A stretch of 64,000 nt of DNA from Sedimentisphaerales bacterium (GCA_963663805.2 CAXXMR010000015.1:1-64000); one strand, 5' to 3'. Numbered from the stretch's first letter, positions 42,421 to 53,156 are shown. The notes: generated by a model not told the origin, from the sequence alone. Program-made: numbers and translations.

Positions 42421-43904
42421 GCTACCTCCCCGGCCAACTGGTTATAAACATCGAGATTGCGTTTGCCATCGCCTTGGTTTACCAGGACTTGATTGCCGGC
42501 AAGGTTCAATTGTGAGCCGTTACGTAAAAAGCTTTCCACCGCTTCATCGCTGAACGCCCGGCACTTGACACAAACACCAACGGCATGTTCAACTTCTTTT
42601 TGCGGATGCCTGATAAAGAGCAGCAGGATGTTGATGTATTTACCGGTCCCTTCACTGCCGTATCGATATTCAAGCTCTGTTCGCATCAAGGTGAAATCTT
42701 CGCCCCAGGGCTGGCCCTTGAATGGCCGAGCATTATCCAGCGAACCGGGCTTACGCTCTAAAAGTTTGATATAATGCAGCGGATCCAGGATATACTGGTC
42801 TTTATCGTAACATCTGGAATGCGAGGCAACCAGCTCATTTTTATAGAACAGGTCAACCCGGTCAACGAATACCTTGACCTGGCAAGATTGATAGGCATAC
42901 TCCGTCGGCACCGAATACCGGTTAGTATCAACCCGTACTGTAAGCTGTTTGTCCGCAAAGGTGGATATTCGACGACAGGCTTCAAACTTCTGCTCAGGCA
43001 GTTCGTATAAATGTGTTTTCTCTTCCGCAAATAAATCGCCAATGGTTTTATTCGTATGAGGTGCAGGGCCCTGGCGATCCAGTTCTTTGATACACTGAGC
43101 AATCAGCATCTCATTCAGCTGAGCCATATCGGTAACTCTCGGAACCGGAGAGAAGAACTGCCTTTCACTTCGCTTGGCGAGATTCTCGACATCGCCTTTT
43201 TCATTACCTTTAGCGACATTGCAAAAACGAGTGTCAAACAAATACCAACTCTTAAGCTCTACGAATTTGCGGTTGAGCCGACGCTTGCCTTTTTTGAGAA
43301 CCTTTAGAACCGCAGTTTTTAAATTGTCGTAAGCAATGCGTTTGGGCACGCCGCCGAAATATTCAAACGCCCGGACATGGCCGTCAAGAAAACATTCGAT
43401 CTTCATGCTCTCGTAAGCACAAACAAAAGGAGCCTTAGAACAGCACAGCTTCATGCAAAAAACGTAGACCTTCTTCTCCCTGCCGTTTTCTTTAATGTTA
43501 GCTTCATGCCAGTCAACCTGGGCTTCTTCGCCAAACTCAAACGCTAACGGCAGGTAAGCTTCTTTTTGGCGATTACTCGCCTCCTTGATATACCGCTGGA
43601 CAGTGCTGTAATGGCCGGTGAAACCATACTCGTCACAAAGCCGCTGATACATTTTGGTCGCCTGCATCCGCTGCTTACGCCGAACCTTTTTGTCAGATTC
43701 CAGCCAGGTGTCAATAATGTGCGCGAAGGGATCCATGACAGCCTTGACCCGCGGCTGACTGAGCCGATAGCCCGGCGGAATCGGATTTTTCAGGGCCTTG
43801 GCCACCGTGTTACGCGAATGCCCCAGCTCCAGGGCAACCTCACGTTGCGATATCCCATCACGAACTTTACGTCTGATAATCTCATAATGCTCCACTGTAA
43901 GCAC
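42417..43904 (-). CDS. istA: IS21 transposase
   Basis: Identical protein to 16272-17759. Confidence 0.95.
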   Translation of the reverse strand: MLTVEHYEIIRRKVRDGISQREVALELGHSRNTVAKALKNPIPPGYRLSQPRVKAVMDPFAHIIDTWLESDKKVRRKQRMQATKMYQRLCDEYGFTGHYSTVQRYIKEASNRQKEAYLPLAFEFGEEAQVDWHEANIKENGREKKVYVFCMKLCCSKAPFVCAYESMKIECFLDGHVRAFEYFGGVPKRIAYDNLKTAVLKVLKKGKRRLNRKFVELKSWYLFDTRFCNVAKGNEKGDVENLAKRSERQFFSPVPRVTDMAQLNEMLIAQCIKELDRQGPAPHTNKTIGDLFAEEKTHLYELPEQKFEACRRISTFADKQLTVRVDTNRYSVPTEYAYQSCQVKVFVDRVDLFYKNELVASHSRCYDKDQYILDPLHYIKLLERKPGSLDNARPFKGQPWGEDFTLMRTELEYRYGSEGTGKYINILLLFIRHPQKEVEHAVGVCVKCRAFSDEAVESFLRNGSQLNLAGNQVLVNQGDGKRNLDVYNQLAGEVA

Positions 43905-44204
43905 CTTTCTAAGCCTCCTGTGTCTAAAATGTTACGTATCTTAAACACATCTTATCGGCCTTTTACAGTGGCTCCTTTTTCGATGCTTTTTCAGAAGAGA
44001 AAACCCGCAAATCTGGCTCCATTTTCAATGCTAATCACCAATTATCTTCATTTTAGTGGTAATCCTCAAAAAGTGCCGTCTTAATACATCCACACTAAAA
44101 TAAACATGAACCTTCACAACATAAAATGATTGCTGAGGTTTTTGGCATGTGTTTAGTTTCTGAATAAACTAATGATTATAATAACACTATAATATTTTGC
44201 AGCT

Positions 44205-44933
44205 TTAATATCCATACTTAAACCAGTTATCATAATAATAGTCAGATTTCCGCGTGGATGACGGAAGCGACAGAGACGGTCGAGTATATTCCCCCTTGGA
44301 ACATTTCGACACACATTTTATTCCATCATAAACAGATTTAACAATAAATGCTTTCCTTGTTGCATCACTTGCCAACGCTGCGGTAGCCTTTACTAAGGCG
44401 GCATCCGCTGCTTTCTTGGCAGCCGCTTCGACGAGAAAGTCCCCTAAGCTTCCTATTACAATACACTCCGCTGTGCATAATATACAGCCAGCGGTTGCTT
44501 TTGCCTGTGCCTTTATTTCTTTTTCAAAATCATCTTCGATATCATCCCACATAGCATAAGGAATACCGAAAACGTCATCACAAAAACCATCCCCCCAATT
44601 ATAATCATTCCAATTGTAACTCCAAAATCCAGGGGCGTCTAGATAGTTGATCGGATTTTGTACACTATATGCATACAAATTCATTCCGTCAGCATAGTTT
44701 ACAACTGAAGGCGGCATTGCCGAATAAACAAAATCTGTAGCCAGTGACTTGTTTTTAGCGGCCTTGCGATATGCTTTCTTCATAATATCGGGAAAAATAC
44801 TTTTGGCTACGAGTAAAGCTGCTAATTTGGCACTTTTCTTATTAAGACCTTCAACCTTTCCTGGATTACCTACCCAGTCTCTCGTCAAAAATCTCCCGAT
44901 CTCAGTATCGTAGTATCTGTTCTTGTAGTACAT
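44205..44933 (-). pseudogene. Rhs repeat-associated core end plus C-terminal toxin tip; 5' part removed at IS630
   Basis: YYKNRYYDTEIGRFLTRD and DGMNLYAYSVQNPINYLDAPG. Confidence 0.85.
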
Positions 44934-44935
44934 TA

Positions 44936-46055
44936 TTACTCCGGCAATTAAACATATGAATCAACTCGCTTTTGCGTATTGCACTTTTTCGTGATTGAAA
45001 AACTTTTTTACCTTCTTAGGCTTTCGTTGCAGGCTCCGCATATAAGAACTCAGATTATCCTGCAATTGTTCTTGTGACCTTGGCGCGGGCTTCTTCTTGA
45101 GTTGTTGTTTGATGTCCTGGTTGACATATTCATCGGGGTTATGTTCCGGGCTGTAAGGCGGCAGAAAGAACAGCTCGATTTTCTTTTTATGTTTAGTTGC
45201 CCACCGTTGAACCTTCTTGGCATGGTGAACTCTAAGATTATCGACAATCAAAAATACTTTTCGTTTAGCATCCTTAATGAGTCGTCGCAAAAATGTCAAA
45301 AATATATCCACCTTCAAGCCGCCTTCATAAATCATAAAACGCAATTGCCCTTTATTTGTCAGCGATGAAATCATACTTACCGAAAAACGCTGGGCTGGGC
45401 CGTAAACCGTCGGGGTTTGGCCTTTAGGAGCATAGCCCCGACCACGAGCGTCAGCACTGTTAAGCCCGGTTTCATCAGCCCATTGAATCTCAGCATCTTC
45501 CTTTTTAGCACGCTTTTCGATCTCTGGATAGGTCTCGCCCAGCCATTGCTGGACCTTTTCGGGCTGTTGCTCATAAGCTTTGCGAATCGGTTTTTGAGGT
45601 GTAAAACCCCAACGCTTAAGATATTCGCCAGCAGTGCGGATCGGCAACTTAATCGAAAATTTCTGTTCGATTAAATCCATTACCACCTGACGATTCCACA
45701 AAGCAAATTTCAGTTTTAACTGTTCGGGATATTTGTCCCGAATCAAAACCTGAATCTCCTTTTCCTGCTCTAAAGTCAAAGTTCTGTTTTCGCCTTTTCT
45801 GCGACCTCGTTGGCCGGGCTTTAAGCCAGCCATTCCCTCAGACAAATATCGCTGCCACCATCGATTGACAGTTTGGTAAGCAATCTCAAGGATCGCCGCA
45901 ACTTCCCTTTGCTTTTTGCCGGCTTTGAGCAACTTTATGCAGGTTCGCCTCAGTTCATACTGAGCTTGCTGGTTAAGTTTTCGGGCATCTCGTTTTTCCA
46001 TTACAAAAGTATAGCAGAAAATTAATAATGTTTATCTATTTTATTGCCGGATTAA
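44936..46055 (-). mobile_element. IS630-family element, copy 3 (1120 bp)
   Basis: Same ends, TA on both sides. Confidence 0.93.
44961..46001 (-). CDS. IS630 transposase
   Basis: One residue different from copy 2. Confidence 0.95.
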   Translation of the reverse strand: MEKRDARKLNQQAQYELRRTCIKLLKAGKKQREVAAILEIAYQTVNRWWQRYLSEGMAGLKPGQRGRRKGENRTLTLEQEKEIQVLIRDKYPEQLKLKFALWNRQVVMDLIEQKFSIKLPIRTAGEYLKRWGFTPQKPIRKAYEQQPEKVQQWLGETYPEIEKRAKKEDAEIQWADETGLNSADARGRGYAPKGQTPTVYGPAQRFSVSMISSLTNKGQLRFMIYEGGLKVDIFLTFLRRLIKDAKRKVFLIVDNLRVHHAKKVQRWATKHKKKIELFFLPPYSPEHNPDEYVNQDIKQQLKKKPAPRSQEQLQDNLSSYMRSLQRKPKKVKKFFNHEKVQYAKAS

Positions 46056-47529
46056 TAAATGGTGAAGCAGGAAGACCATCGGCATTATAGAAGTTAGGTT
46101 CAGCATATTGACACCAGGCAAAAGAGACATGCTTGGGGTGTGGAACCTTTTCCGAAAACACTAAAATTGCACCAGAGTCAATAGTAGCTATCGCAGGATA
46201 AAACTTCTTATCAGCACCGCAAATCTCAAAGTTCGTTAATGGACCATCTTGGGCAACCAGACCATTCTCGCTATAATCAAAAAACAGACGAATTTTATTT
46301 CCTTCTATCTTTTTTGACTTATATAAGGGGCCAGAAGGTATAATATTATCATAACCATATTTATTTTTCAGAGCCCAGAGTGAAAGTCTATAGCCGACAT
46401 CAAGTTTATTTTTGGGATGATGGTCTGCGGGGTCACCAATATCCATAGTGACAGCCATGCCGGTATTAGCCACTTTCCCTAGGATCTGCATCTGGGCTTG
46501 CCGGATATGCGCAACTCCCATGCCGTAGCCATTGGAAGCCGCGAGCTGGACATACAGAAAGGGAAAATCTCCCTGCTGCCATATATCACGCCAACCTGTA
46601 ATTAGCCCGGTAAAGGCCTCTTGATAATACGGATAACTAGAAGATTTTGTATTAGCTTCTCCCTGATACCAGATAACACCTGCTATTGAATACCCTACGA
46701 TAGGATTTATCATGCCATTGAAGCAATAGCTGGGTTTATTCTGCAATCTTAACTCTTTGGGTATTTGGGGGGCTGGAATGTCAGGGTTCTTATCTTTGTT
46801 ATTTCCCCAGGATTGCATCTTGGAATCATATTGCCTTTTTGACTTATGAAATGTTTCTTCCAATGTCAACCAGTAGTGTTTCAAATATCTATCATACTCA
46901 GCAACGGCTGACAATGATCCAGGTGACATCCATGACTCGATAGGAGTGCCTCCCCAGCTAAGATTGATCAATCCTATAGGCCTATTAAGTTTTTGATATA
47001 ATTCTTTTCCAAAGTAATAACCTGCCGCTGAAAACATCGCGGCGGTTTCGGGCGTGCAGCTTTGCCACAAGCCCTTACTCGTATGCAACGGTTCGGCAGA
47101 ATAAATCCTATCCCCCTGATATAATCTTATATGTGGAAAATTAGCTTTCTGAGCCTCTGAACTACCATCCTGTGACCTGTTCAGGACAAAAGCCATATTC
47201 GACTGTCCGGAGCACAGCCAAACCTGCCCGATTAAAACATTATTATATTGAATAACGCTTTCGGCTGATTTAATCTCAATTGTATATGGTTCAAAAGAGG
47301 CTTGGGGAGTACTTAAGAAAAGTTTCCATTTACCGTTATCGTCAGCATCAACAATATTATTTACATCATCTTGCCACTGGGCTCTAACAGTCACTTTGGC
47401 TTTCGGATTTGCTTTACCCCAAATAGGCACTTCCATAGTTTCCTGCAGAACCATATTGTCACCAAAAACGTCGGGGATAAAGAGTTCTCCGCAGCAAATA
47501 TTATTTGTTAATAAAAGTGACAAAAACAC
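46036..47529 (-). CDS. Sialate O-acetylesterase, paralogue 2; last codons supplied by IS630
   Basis: CSGQSNM, WYQGEAN, GLPASPF; likely true ATG at 47554 is out of frame across an A10 run. Confidence 0.88.
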   Translation of the reverse strand: MFLSLLLTNNICCGELFIPDVFGDNMVLQETMEVPIWGKANPKAKVTVRAQWQDDVNNIVDADDNGKWKLFLSTPQASFEPYTIEIKSAESVIQYNNVLIGQVWLCSGQSNMAFVLNRSQDGSSEAQKANFPHIRLYQGDRIYSAEPLHTSKGLWQSCTPETAAMFSAAGYYFGKELYQKLNRPIGLINLSWGGTPIESWMSPGSLSAVAEYDRYLKHYWLTLEETFHKSKRQYDSKMQSWGNNKDKNPDIPAPQIPKELRLQNKPSYCFNGMINPIVGYSIAGVIWYQGEANTKSSSYPYYQEAFTGLITGWRDIWQQGDFPFLYVQLAASNGYGMGVAHIRQAQMQILGKVANTGMAVTMDIGDPADHHPKNKLDVGYRLSLWALKNKYGYDNIIPSGPLYKSKKIEGNKIRLFFDYSENGLVAQDGPLTNFEICGADKKFYPAIATIDSGAILVFSEKVPHPKHVSFAWCQYAEPNFYNADGLPASPFINPAIK

Positions 47530-47571
47530 AAAAAATGAATTTTTTTTTTAACATTCTTGCAAATCCCAATA

Positions 47572-48357
47572 TCATTTTGCTTTATGCTGTTTGCGATAAA
47601 CTGAGGGGTTAACACCAAACCTTTTCCTGAAATGCTCCGAAAATCGAGATGCATCCTTATACCCCACCATTACTGCAATTTTGCTGATAGAAACATGTTC
47701 GTCCCTTAATACCGACGCCGCTTTTTTCAATCTCAATTCTTTGAGATGATTGGTAAAATCTATATTATGCTTTGCCTTAAAAAGTCTCGACAGATGACCA
47801 ACACTGACATTAGCAATATGCTTAGCCAAAAACTCCAAAGTGACCTGTTCATGGAGGTGAAAGGCAAGATATGAACTCGCCTTGGCCACGGGGTCATTGG
47901 GCAGAGAATATTCCTGTCCTTCACTTTCCAATCTATACCAAGCCGAATCCAGATGAGACTGTGCGAGCATCCCGGACCTCTCGGCATCTCCATCACAGAT
48001 AGCATCAATTATATCGCCATGAGCTTCAAGCAAAACGCTCAAATCAGGCCAGCAATACATAAGAGTTTCAAGATTGAAATCTGTCATATAATCGCCGATA
48101 AGCTGCCATACCGCCCTAAGTCCATAAACGCCGGAAAGCTCAACTATCTCCAGATGAACTTCTTTGTCAACTTTCACAAATTCTTCCATATTGTTTTTTT
48201 TGACGGTCTTTTCAAGTTTTTCGTATGCCACAAATAAAGCTTCGGTGCTTGCTCCCTGGGCGACGTTCAAAGCGGCATGTTTAGCGGCAAAACTATCTAC
48301 CAGGCCTCGGAGCTCTGTGACTAATTTCAGCTTTTCTAATTCAATGTGCATTCTCAA
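47572..48357 (-). CDS. Regulator: GntR FCD-like domain + AraC HTH
   Basis: ELR..DKEVH..AH..IIDAI..GD..HL; VGYKDASRFSEHFRKRFGVNP. Confidence 0.8.
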   Translation of the reverse strand: MRMHIELEKLKLVTELRGLVDSFAAKHAALNVAQGASTEALFVAYEKLEKTVKKNNMEEFVKVDKEVHLEIVELSGVYGLRAVWQLIGDYMTDFNLETLMYCWPDLSVLLEAHGDIIDAICDGDAERSGMLAQSHLDSAWYRLESEGQEYSLPNDPVAKASSYLAFHLHEQVTLEFLAKHIANVSVGHLSRLFKAKHNIDFTNHLKELRLKKAASVLRDEHVSISKIAVMVGYKDASRFSEHFRKRFGVNPSVYRKQHKAK

Positions 48358-49883
48358 CTTGTCCAGATAGTTAAGTTTTCCAGCTTTTTTTTGCAGGTTC
48401 GTTTAAAGATAACGCTGAATAGGTAGGCAAAGGCAAATATAAATGTGTTTGAAAGTACGTTTATCATAAAATTATCTGGTATTTTTGCGGCAACTCCGGG
48501 GAAATTCTCAACTCCATAATCACTTTTGAAAAACAGCCAGGTAACTACCGAGATAATGGTTATAACCGTGGCGATAAAGGCCGAGAAGTTATCAACTCTT
48601 TTGGTCAGGAAGCCCAGCAGAAATAAGCCCAGCAAACCGCCACTGAGAATTGTAATGCACATCTGCTGAATATCTACCAAGGCAGAAGTCCTGGTCCAGT
48701 GTATTATGAGTGCTGCTAGCACACTAATTGCCGTAAAAGCGAATGACGAAATCCTTCCAGCTTTGAGATAATGTGTTTCGTCCCTGTCTTTGACAAAGAT
48801 TCTTCGATAAAAATCCGTTGTCATGGTTTGGGCTGTGGCACTGACAATTGAACTGAGGGTTGACATTGCTGCGGCGGCTAGCCCGGCAATAACCAGACCG
48901 GCGACCCCGACTGGAAGTTGAGTTAGAATAAAATATGGTAACGCCTGTTCCGCTAGCATATCTTTTATCCCTGCCGAGGGTACGACTTTATAAAAAACAT
49001 AGACCGCGGTGCCCAGAAAAGTGAAATATACCCAAATCGGAATCGTAGTGAATACGGTAACTAAAATGCCTCTTCTCGCCTGTTTATCACTTTTTATAGC
49101 GGTATATCTTTGCACCGCCATTTGGTCTGTACACATAAGGTGGCTATACCAGAATATGTGATTCAGAATCATCACCCAGAACGTTCGCTGATATATATCA
49201 AATGAACTCGGGTCTCCCATAAAAAATTTGCCATCAGCTTTTCCAACTTCAATTATTTGAGAAAAACCACCAGGTAATTTCATGATAATAATAGGCAGAC
49301 AGACTAGGCCTCCGCCTATCATGATAATAGATTGAATGAAATCCGCCCAGATAACGGCTTCAAGACCGCCGGCAATCGTATAAAAGCCAACGACAAAGCC
49401 AAGAATAAGTATGAACCACGGGATAGACAAACCGGTCATCGCCTCAAAAGGCAAACTTACCGCATACAAAACTATACCCGCTTTGGAAATCTGGAACAGA
49501 ATAAAACCCGCCCCGGCGTAGTATCGGGCCCAGGGACCAAATCGTCTTTCGAGATATTCATAAGCGGAGTTTACATGTCCCTTCCGGAAAAAGGGCATAA
49601 AAAGAAATATGGCCAGAAGGGAAGCAATTAAATAGGTAAAATGCGTAGGCATGTATATCCAGTTATTTCCGTAAGTATAACCGGGAGTCGCCAGGAAGGT
49701 CATGGAGCTGATAATGGTAGCCATCAACGAAAAACCCACTAACCAGCCCGGCAGACTTCTACCGGCCAGAAAGTAATTCTCGGATGACTTGTTTTTTCTT
49801 GCAAAGATCGGCCCTAATGCCAGAATACCTGCCATTGAAATGATAATTACCACTAAATCGGGCCATCTTAGAAGGTCGTCCAT
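48354..49883 (-). CDS. Sodium:solute symporter, paralogue 2
   Basis: YFLAGRSLP, SAYEYLERRFG, DQMAVQRY. Confidence 0.92.
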   Translation of the reverse strand: MDDLLRWPDLVVIIISMAGILALGPIFARKNKSSENYFLAGRSLPGWLVGFSLMATIISSMTFLATPGYTYGNNWIYMPTHFTYLIASLLAIFLFMPFFRKGHVNSAYEYLERRFGPWARYYAGAGFILFQISKAGIVLYAVSLPFEAMTGLSIPWFILILGFVVGFYTIAGGLEAVIWADFIQSIIMIGGGLVCLPIIIMKLPGGFSQIIEVGKADGKFFMGDPSSFDIYQRTFWVMILNHIFWYSHLMCTDQMAVQRYTAIKSDKQARRGILVTVFTTIPIWVYFTFLGTAVYVFYKVVPSAGIKDMLAEQALPYFILTQLPVGVAGLVIAGLAAAAMSTLSSIVSATAQTMTTDFYRRIFVKDRDETHYLKAGRISSFAFTAISVLAALIIHWTRTSALVDIQQMCITILSGGLLGLFLLGFLTKRVDNFSAFIATVITIISVVTWLFFKSDYGVENFPGVAAKIPDNFMINVLSNTFIFAFAYLFSVIFKRTCKKKLENLTIWTS

Positions 49884-49967
49884 TTAATATGCTCCTTAAA
49901 CAGATTTCTTTTATCGCGAATTATACTGTCAAACTCAGCATTAGTAATGATAATTTTTAAAGTACCC

Positions 49968-52900
49968 TTAATCTTCTCCAACCACAACCGGAATTTCTGA
50001 TAGTACCGGATAATCGACAGGCGAAGGCATATAATAAGCCGCATTGATTCCATATTTATTTTCCAGATAATATCCCACCGCGTTGAGCTGGTCGGCATCC
50101 AATGCGGTGTCGTATACTATTATCTCCGCTACTGTACCGGTGCTGTCGAAAGATGGCATATATAGATGACCATAGCCGCCAAAATCATAGAGTCCGCCTT
50201 GAGCGGTGGTAGAAACGGTGCCCTTATTGGCCCCATTAACCCAAGCTGTTATATTTGCGGTAGAATCTTTCTGGCCCTGGAGCATATAAACTCGTATAGC
50301 GGCATCTGTGTAACTGCTGCCCATATCCAAAGTCAAGGCCGGGTCTCCGATAATAAATTGATGGCCTCTCATATAAAGACGCGGAATCCCCGAATTAGCC
50401 ATGCCGAAATAACGGTCTTTGCTTATCATAAAAATGGTAAATTCACGGTTGTCGAAAAACTTACTGACCAGATAAGAACTTTGCATGTAATCTTTTTCGG
50501 GGTCAGATTTGTCAAATGTCACCGCGGGGTTCCCGGAAAAACCCGCCGGAGCAGAGTAATACGTGGGAGACCCGGAATAACGCAGCAGGGGGCCGGCCGG
50601 ACCATAGGCATTGGGCCAGGTCTCAACCGTCTGGGCATTTGCTAACGCCAGGCTGCCAGCTTTGTACCAGGCTTTTAGTGAAACTTCTACCGGCTCATAA
50701 TTATAATACTCCTGGTAAGCCGAGAAATCAGCAAAGTCATCCAGGCTGACAATACCATCCTGATTCAAATCAGACCTCTGGCACCAATCTGTCAAGTCGC
50801 ATTGGTCATCAAGCCACGATGAGGCCAATTTCGAAAAATCCAAAATATCTATAGATCGGTTCTCATCCAAATCATATATATACAACTCCGGCGAAATTAT
50901 CAAATCCAGATAATGCAAAACCGCATTGCCGGAACTACCCTTGGTCAAAGAAATCGTATTTTCGCCGCTGTTAATATACTCAATAGGTACATCGAAGCAC
51001 AAATATTGCTCTTCCCTGCCCAGAGGGGTCTGGTAGTTGTCTCTTATGGGCTTCAAAACGGTGTTTACGGAACTTACAATGTTACCGTTTACCATAGCCG
51101 ACCATTCTGCTGAATCAACATCCTCTTCAAAAATAAATCTCAACAAACCGTCGGTATTAAACAAATGATTGGTCTTGTTGATATCAAGGTCAAATGTTTG
51201 ACTGCCGGAGTCTGTAAATGTATGCGGCACCTGGTCAGGATAATAATTATCAGCAATATAGTACCAATGCTTGTTTTTAAGTAAGAGACTCTGATAGTTT
51301 CCCAAATCGGGTAAAACATGAAATGGGGGTTCAGAATAAGGTCTTTGGCTAGCGCTGGATCCGCGATAATACGCGAAATTAAACAGACTTATACCATCGG
51401 CCCCGCGATCATAAGCGTTAAGGGCAGAGGTGTAAAGTTGATAATCCCGGGCATTGCCGTCGAGATTTTCTATATTTCTATTGGCAGGCACCCACACGGC
51501 CTGGGTCAGTTCGTGATACACTTTGGCATTATCCAGACTTTGCTTAATCAGGGCAAGGTCGGTGTCATGCTGAACAGCATACACTGTTCCCGAAAGATTA
51601 AACATATCCACACCTGCCTGCTCAAAAGCGGGAACATCAATACCAAGGTCATCGTATCTGGAAATCAGGCACGGTATCCTAACGCAAAGCCATCTGTACT
51701 GCCCCTCAGCGGCGGTGTTATCAAGTATCTCCCTGACGGCAGTCACAAAATCATACATGATCGATTTTCTCTGGCTGGAGGTTGTGGCGGATGTGTCAAA
51801 ATAGTATTCATGCCGCATGAAATCGAGTTCCAGGCCGTCGATGTCGTAATTCTCACATATCTCCTCGATAAAAGCCAGCTTCGCAGCCGGAACGTGAGGA
51901 TAAACCCAGTTAAGCCCCTTCCTCTCTCCTGCCTCGCCCAGTAGATAATCGATATTATCCCACAAGAAATCGCTCAACCATTCGGTACCCGCGGCATTAG
52001 GATTCGCCGGGTCCAGATAGTCCAGGTGGTGCGTATCATTGAGCCGGAAAGAGGCAAAGGGGACCTGACCGCTTTGTTCACACTGGTCAATAAAAGTCGC
52101 CAGCACATCACCGCCGTTTTTCATATATTGACCAAAGGTACTGGCTTCTAGGCCGGTCCGCGTTTCCCAGTCAAAATAATGCTGGTCGCCCGGATAGATG
52201 CTGCTGTTCCACCAGGGCACCCATCCGTAAAACTCAAGCATATGAACATCGACTTTGCCGGTGACTTCCTCAACACTTGCTCGCAGTTTGTCATCGGTAA
52301 AATCCTGGCCATTTAACTGAAACGGGCTCTGGCAGGAATACACATTTGTACTGTCGTTGATATACAATACCTTAAACGGCGCTTCAGGCCTTGAGGCCGG
52401 CTCGGTGTATGTCGCATCGGAGATATCATATTTCTCTTTAAGATAGAACCCTATCTCATTCAACTCTTGAGGCGACAATTCCCTGTTGAAAATCAAGATT
52501 TCAGCGATTTTACCCGCATGCATAGACCCGGCACGTAAGCCCCCGTCACCGCCATAGATGAAATCCAAATCCGGTAATGAACTAATATCAACGGTACTCT
52601 GGAGTATGCCGTTAAGCCAGCCCCGGGCTGTTTCGCCGGAATAATCAATAGAGAAAGTTCGTATCGCGGCCACCGTTTCGTCCGGCGGATAGCCGATATT
52701 GCAAGTCAGCAACTCCGTACTGCCTAACGTGAGTTTGTGCCCCTGAAAATACAGACGGGGAACTCCGGCATTATAAAAACCGGTAAATTTCTGGTCCGAG
52801 ACAAAAAAGATCGTCAAAGAACTTTCACAAAGATAGTCGGAAACCAGATTTTCACTGATAAGATAATCGTCATACCTGGGGTTGACAAAATTCAGGCAGG

Positions 52901-53156
52901 CTTCATTATTAAATGCCGGGGATGAAGCCACATAAGAAGGCGAATAACCGTCATTTAAATCGTAATCCACAAAGTCATCAGCTGGCCCACACTTTTTCTG
53001 CCACAATTGTACCGGGCTCCCATCATTAAGGCCTGCGATGTCACCAGCGTCAAACCAGGCGACAAGTCCCGCCATATCAGCAATCCCGGCCAGGGCAAAG
53101 CTGTTAATCACCAGGATGACAAACAACGTTTTTATGAAAAATTTTGAGTTGACCAT
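49968..53156 (-). CDS. Modular LamG - GHL10-like (paralogue 4) - dockerin-like - LamG protein
   Basis: INDSTN, SFRLNDTH, YDIDGLELDFMRH; DLDENRSIDILDF and DLNQDGIVSLDDF. Confidence 0.75.
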   Translation of the reverse strand: MVNSKFFIKTLFVILVINSFALAGIADMAGLVAWFDAGDIAGLNDGSPVQLWQKKCGPADDFVDYDLNDGYSPSYVASSPAFNNEACLNFVNPRYDDYLISENLVSDYLCESSLTIFFVSDQKFTGFYNAGVPRLYFQGHKLTLGSTELLTCNIGYPPDETVAAIRTFSIDYSGETARGWLNGILQSTVDISSLPDLDFIYGGDGGLRAGSMHAGKIAEILIFNRELSPQELNEIGFYLKEKYDISDATYTEPASRPEAPFKVLYINDSTNVYSCQSPFQLNGQDFTDDKLRASVEEVTGKVDVHMLEFYGWVPWWNSSIYPGDQHYFDWETRTGLEASTFGQYMKNGGDVLATFIDQCEQSGQVPFASFRLNDTHHLDYLDPANPNAAGTEWLSDFLWDNIDYLLGEAGERKGLNWVYPHVPAAKLAFIEEICENYDIDGLELDFMRHEYYFDTSATTSSQRKSIMYDFVTAVREILDNTAAEGQYRWLCVRIPCLISRYDDLGIDVPAFEQAGVDMFNLSGTVYAVQHDTDLALIKQSLDNAKVYHELTQAVWVPANRNIENLDGNARDYQLYTSALNAYDRGADGISLFNFAYYRGSSASQRPYSEPPFHVLPDLGNYQSLLLKNKHWYYIADNYYPDQVPHTFTDSGSQTFDLDINKTNHLFNTDGLLRFIFEEDVDSAEWSAMVNGNIVSSVNTVLKPIRDNYQTPLGREEQYLCFDVPIEYINSGENTISLTKGSSGNAVLHYLDLIISPELYIYDLDENRSIDILDFSKLASSWLDDQCDLTDWCQRSDLNQDGIVSLDDFADFSAYQEYYNYEPVEVSLKAWYKAGSLALANAQTVETWPNAYGPAGPLLRYSGSPTYYSAPAGFSGNPAVTFDKSDPEKDYMQSSYLVSKFFDNREFTIFMISKDRYFGMANSGIPRLYMRGHQFIIGDPALTLDMGSSYTDAAIRVYMLQGQKDSTANITAWVNGANKGTVSTTAQGGLYDFGGYGHLYMPSFDSTGTVAEIIVYDTALDADQLNAVGYYLENKYGINAAYYMPSPVDYPVLSEIPVVVGED

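Larger units (their letters stand above)
41529..44040 (-). mobile_element. IS21-family element, copy 2 (inverted, 2512 bp)
   Basis: Same ends; proteins identical to copy 1. Confidence 0.95.

Noticed and set aside
16136..44040. IS21 composite transposon carrying the sugar cluster
   Set aside because: Outer flanks share no duplication; the duplicated target pairs an inner with an outer flank, which indicates inversion
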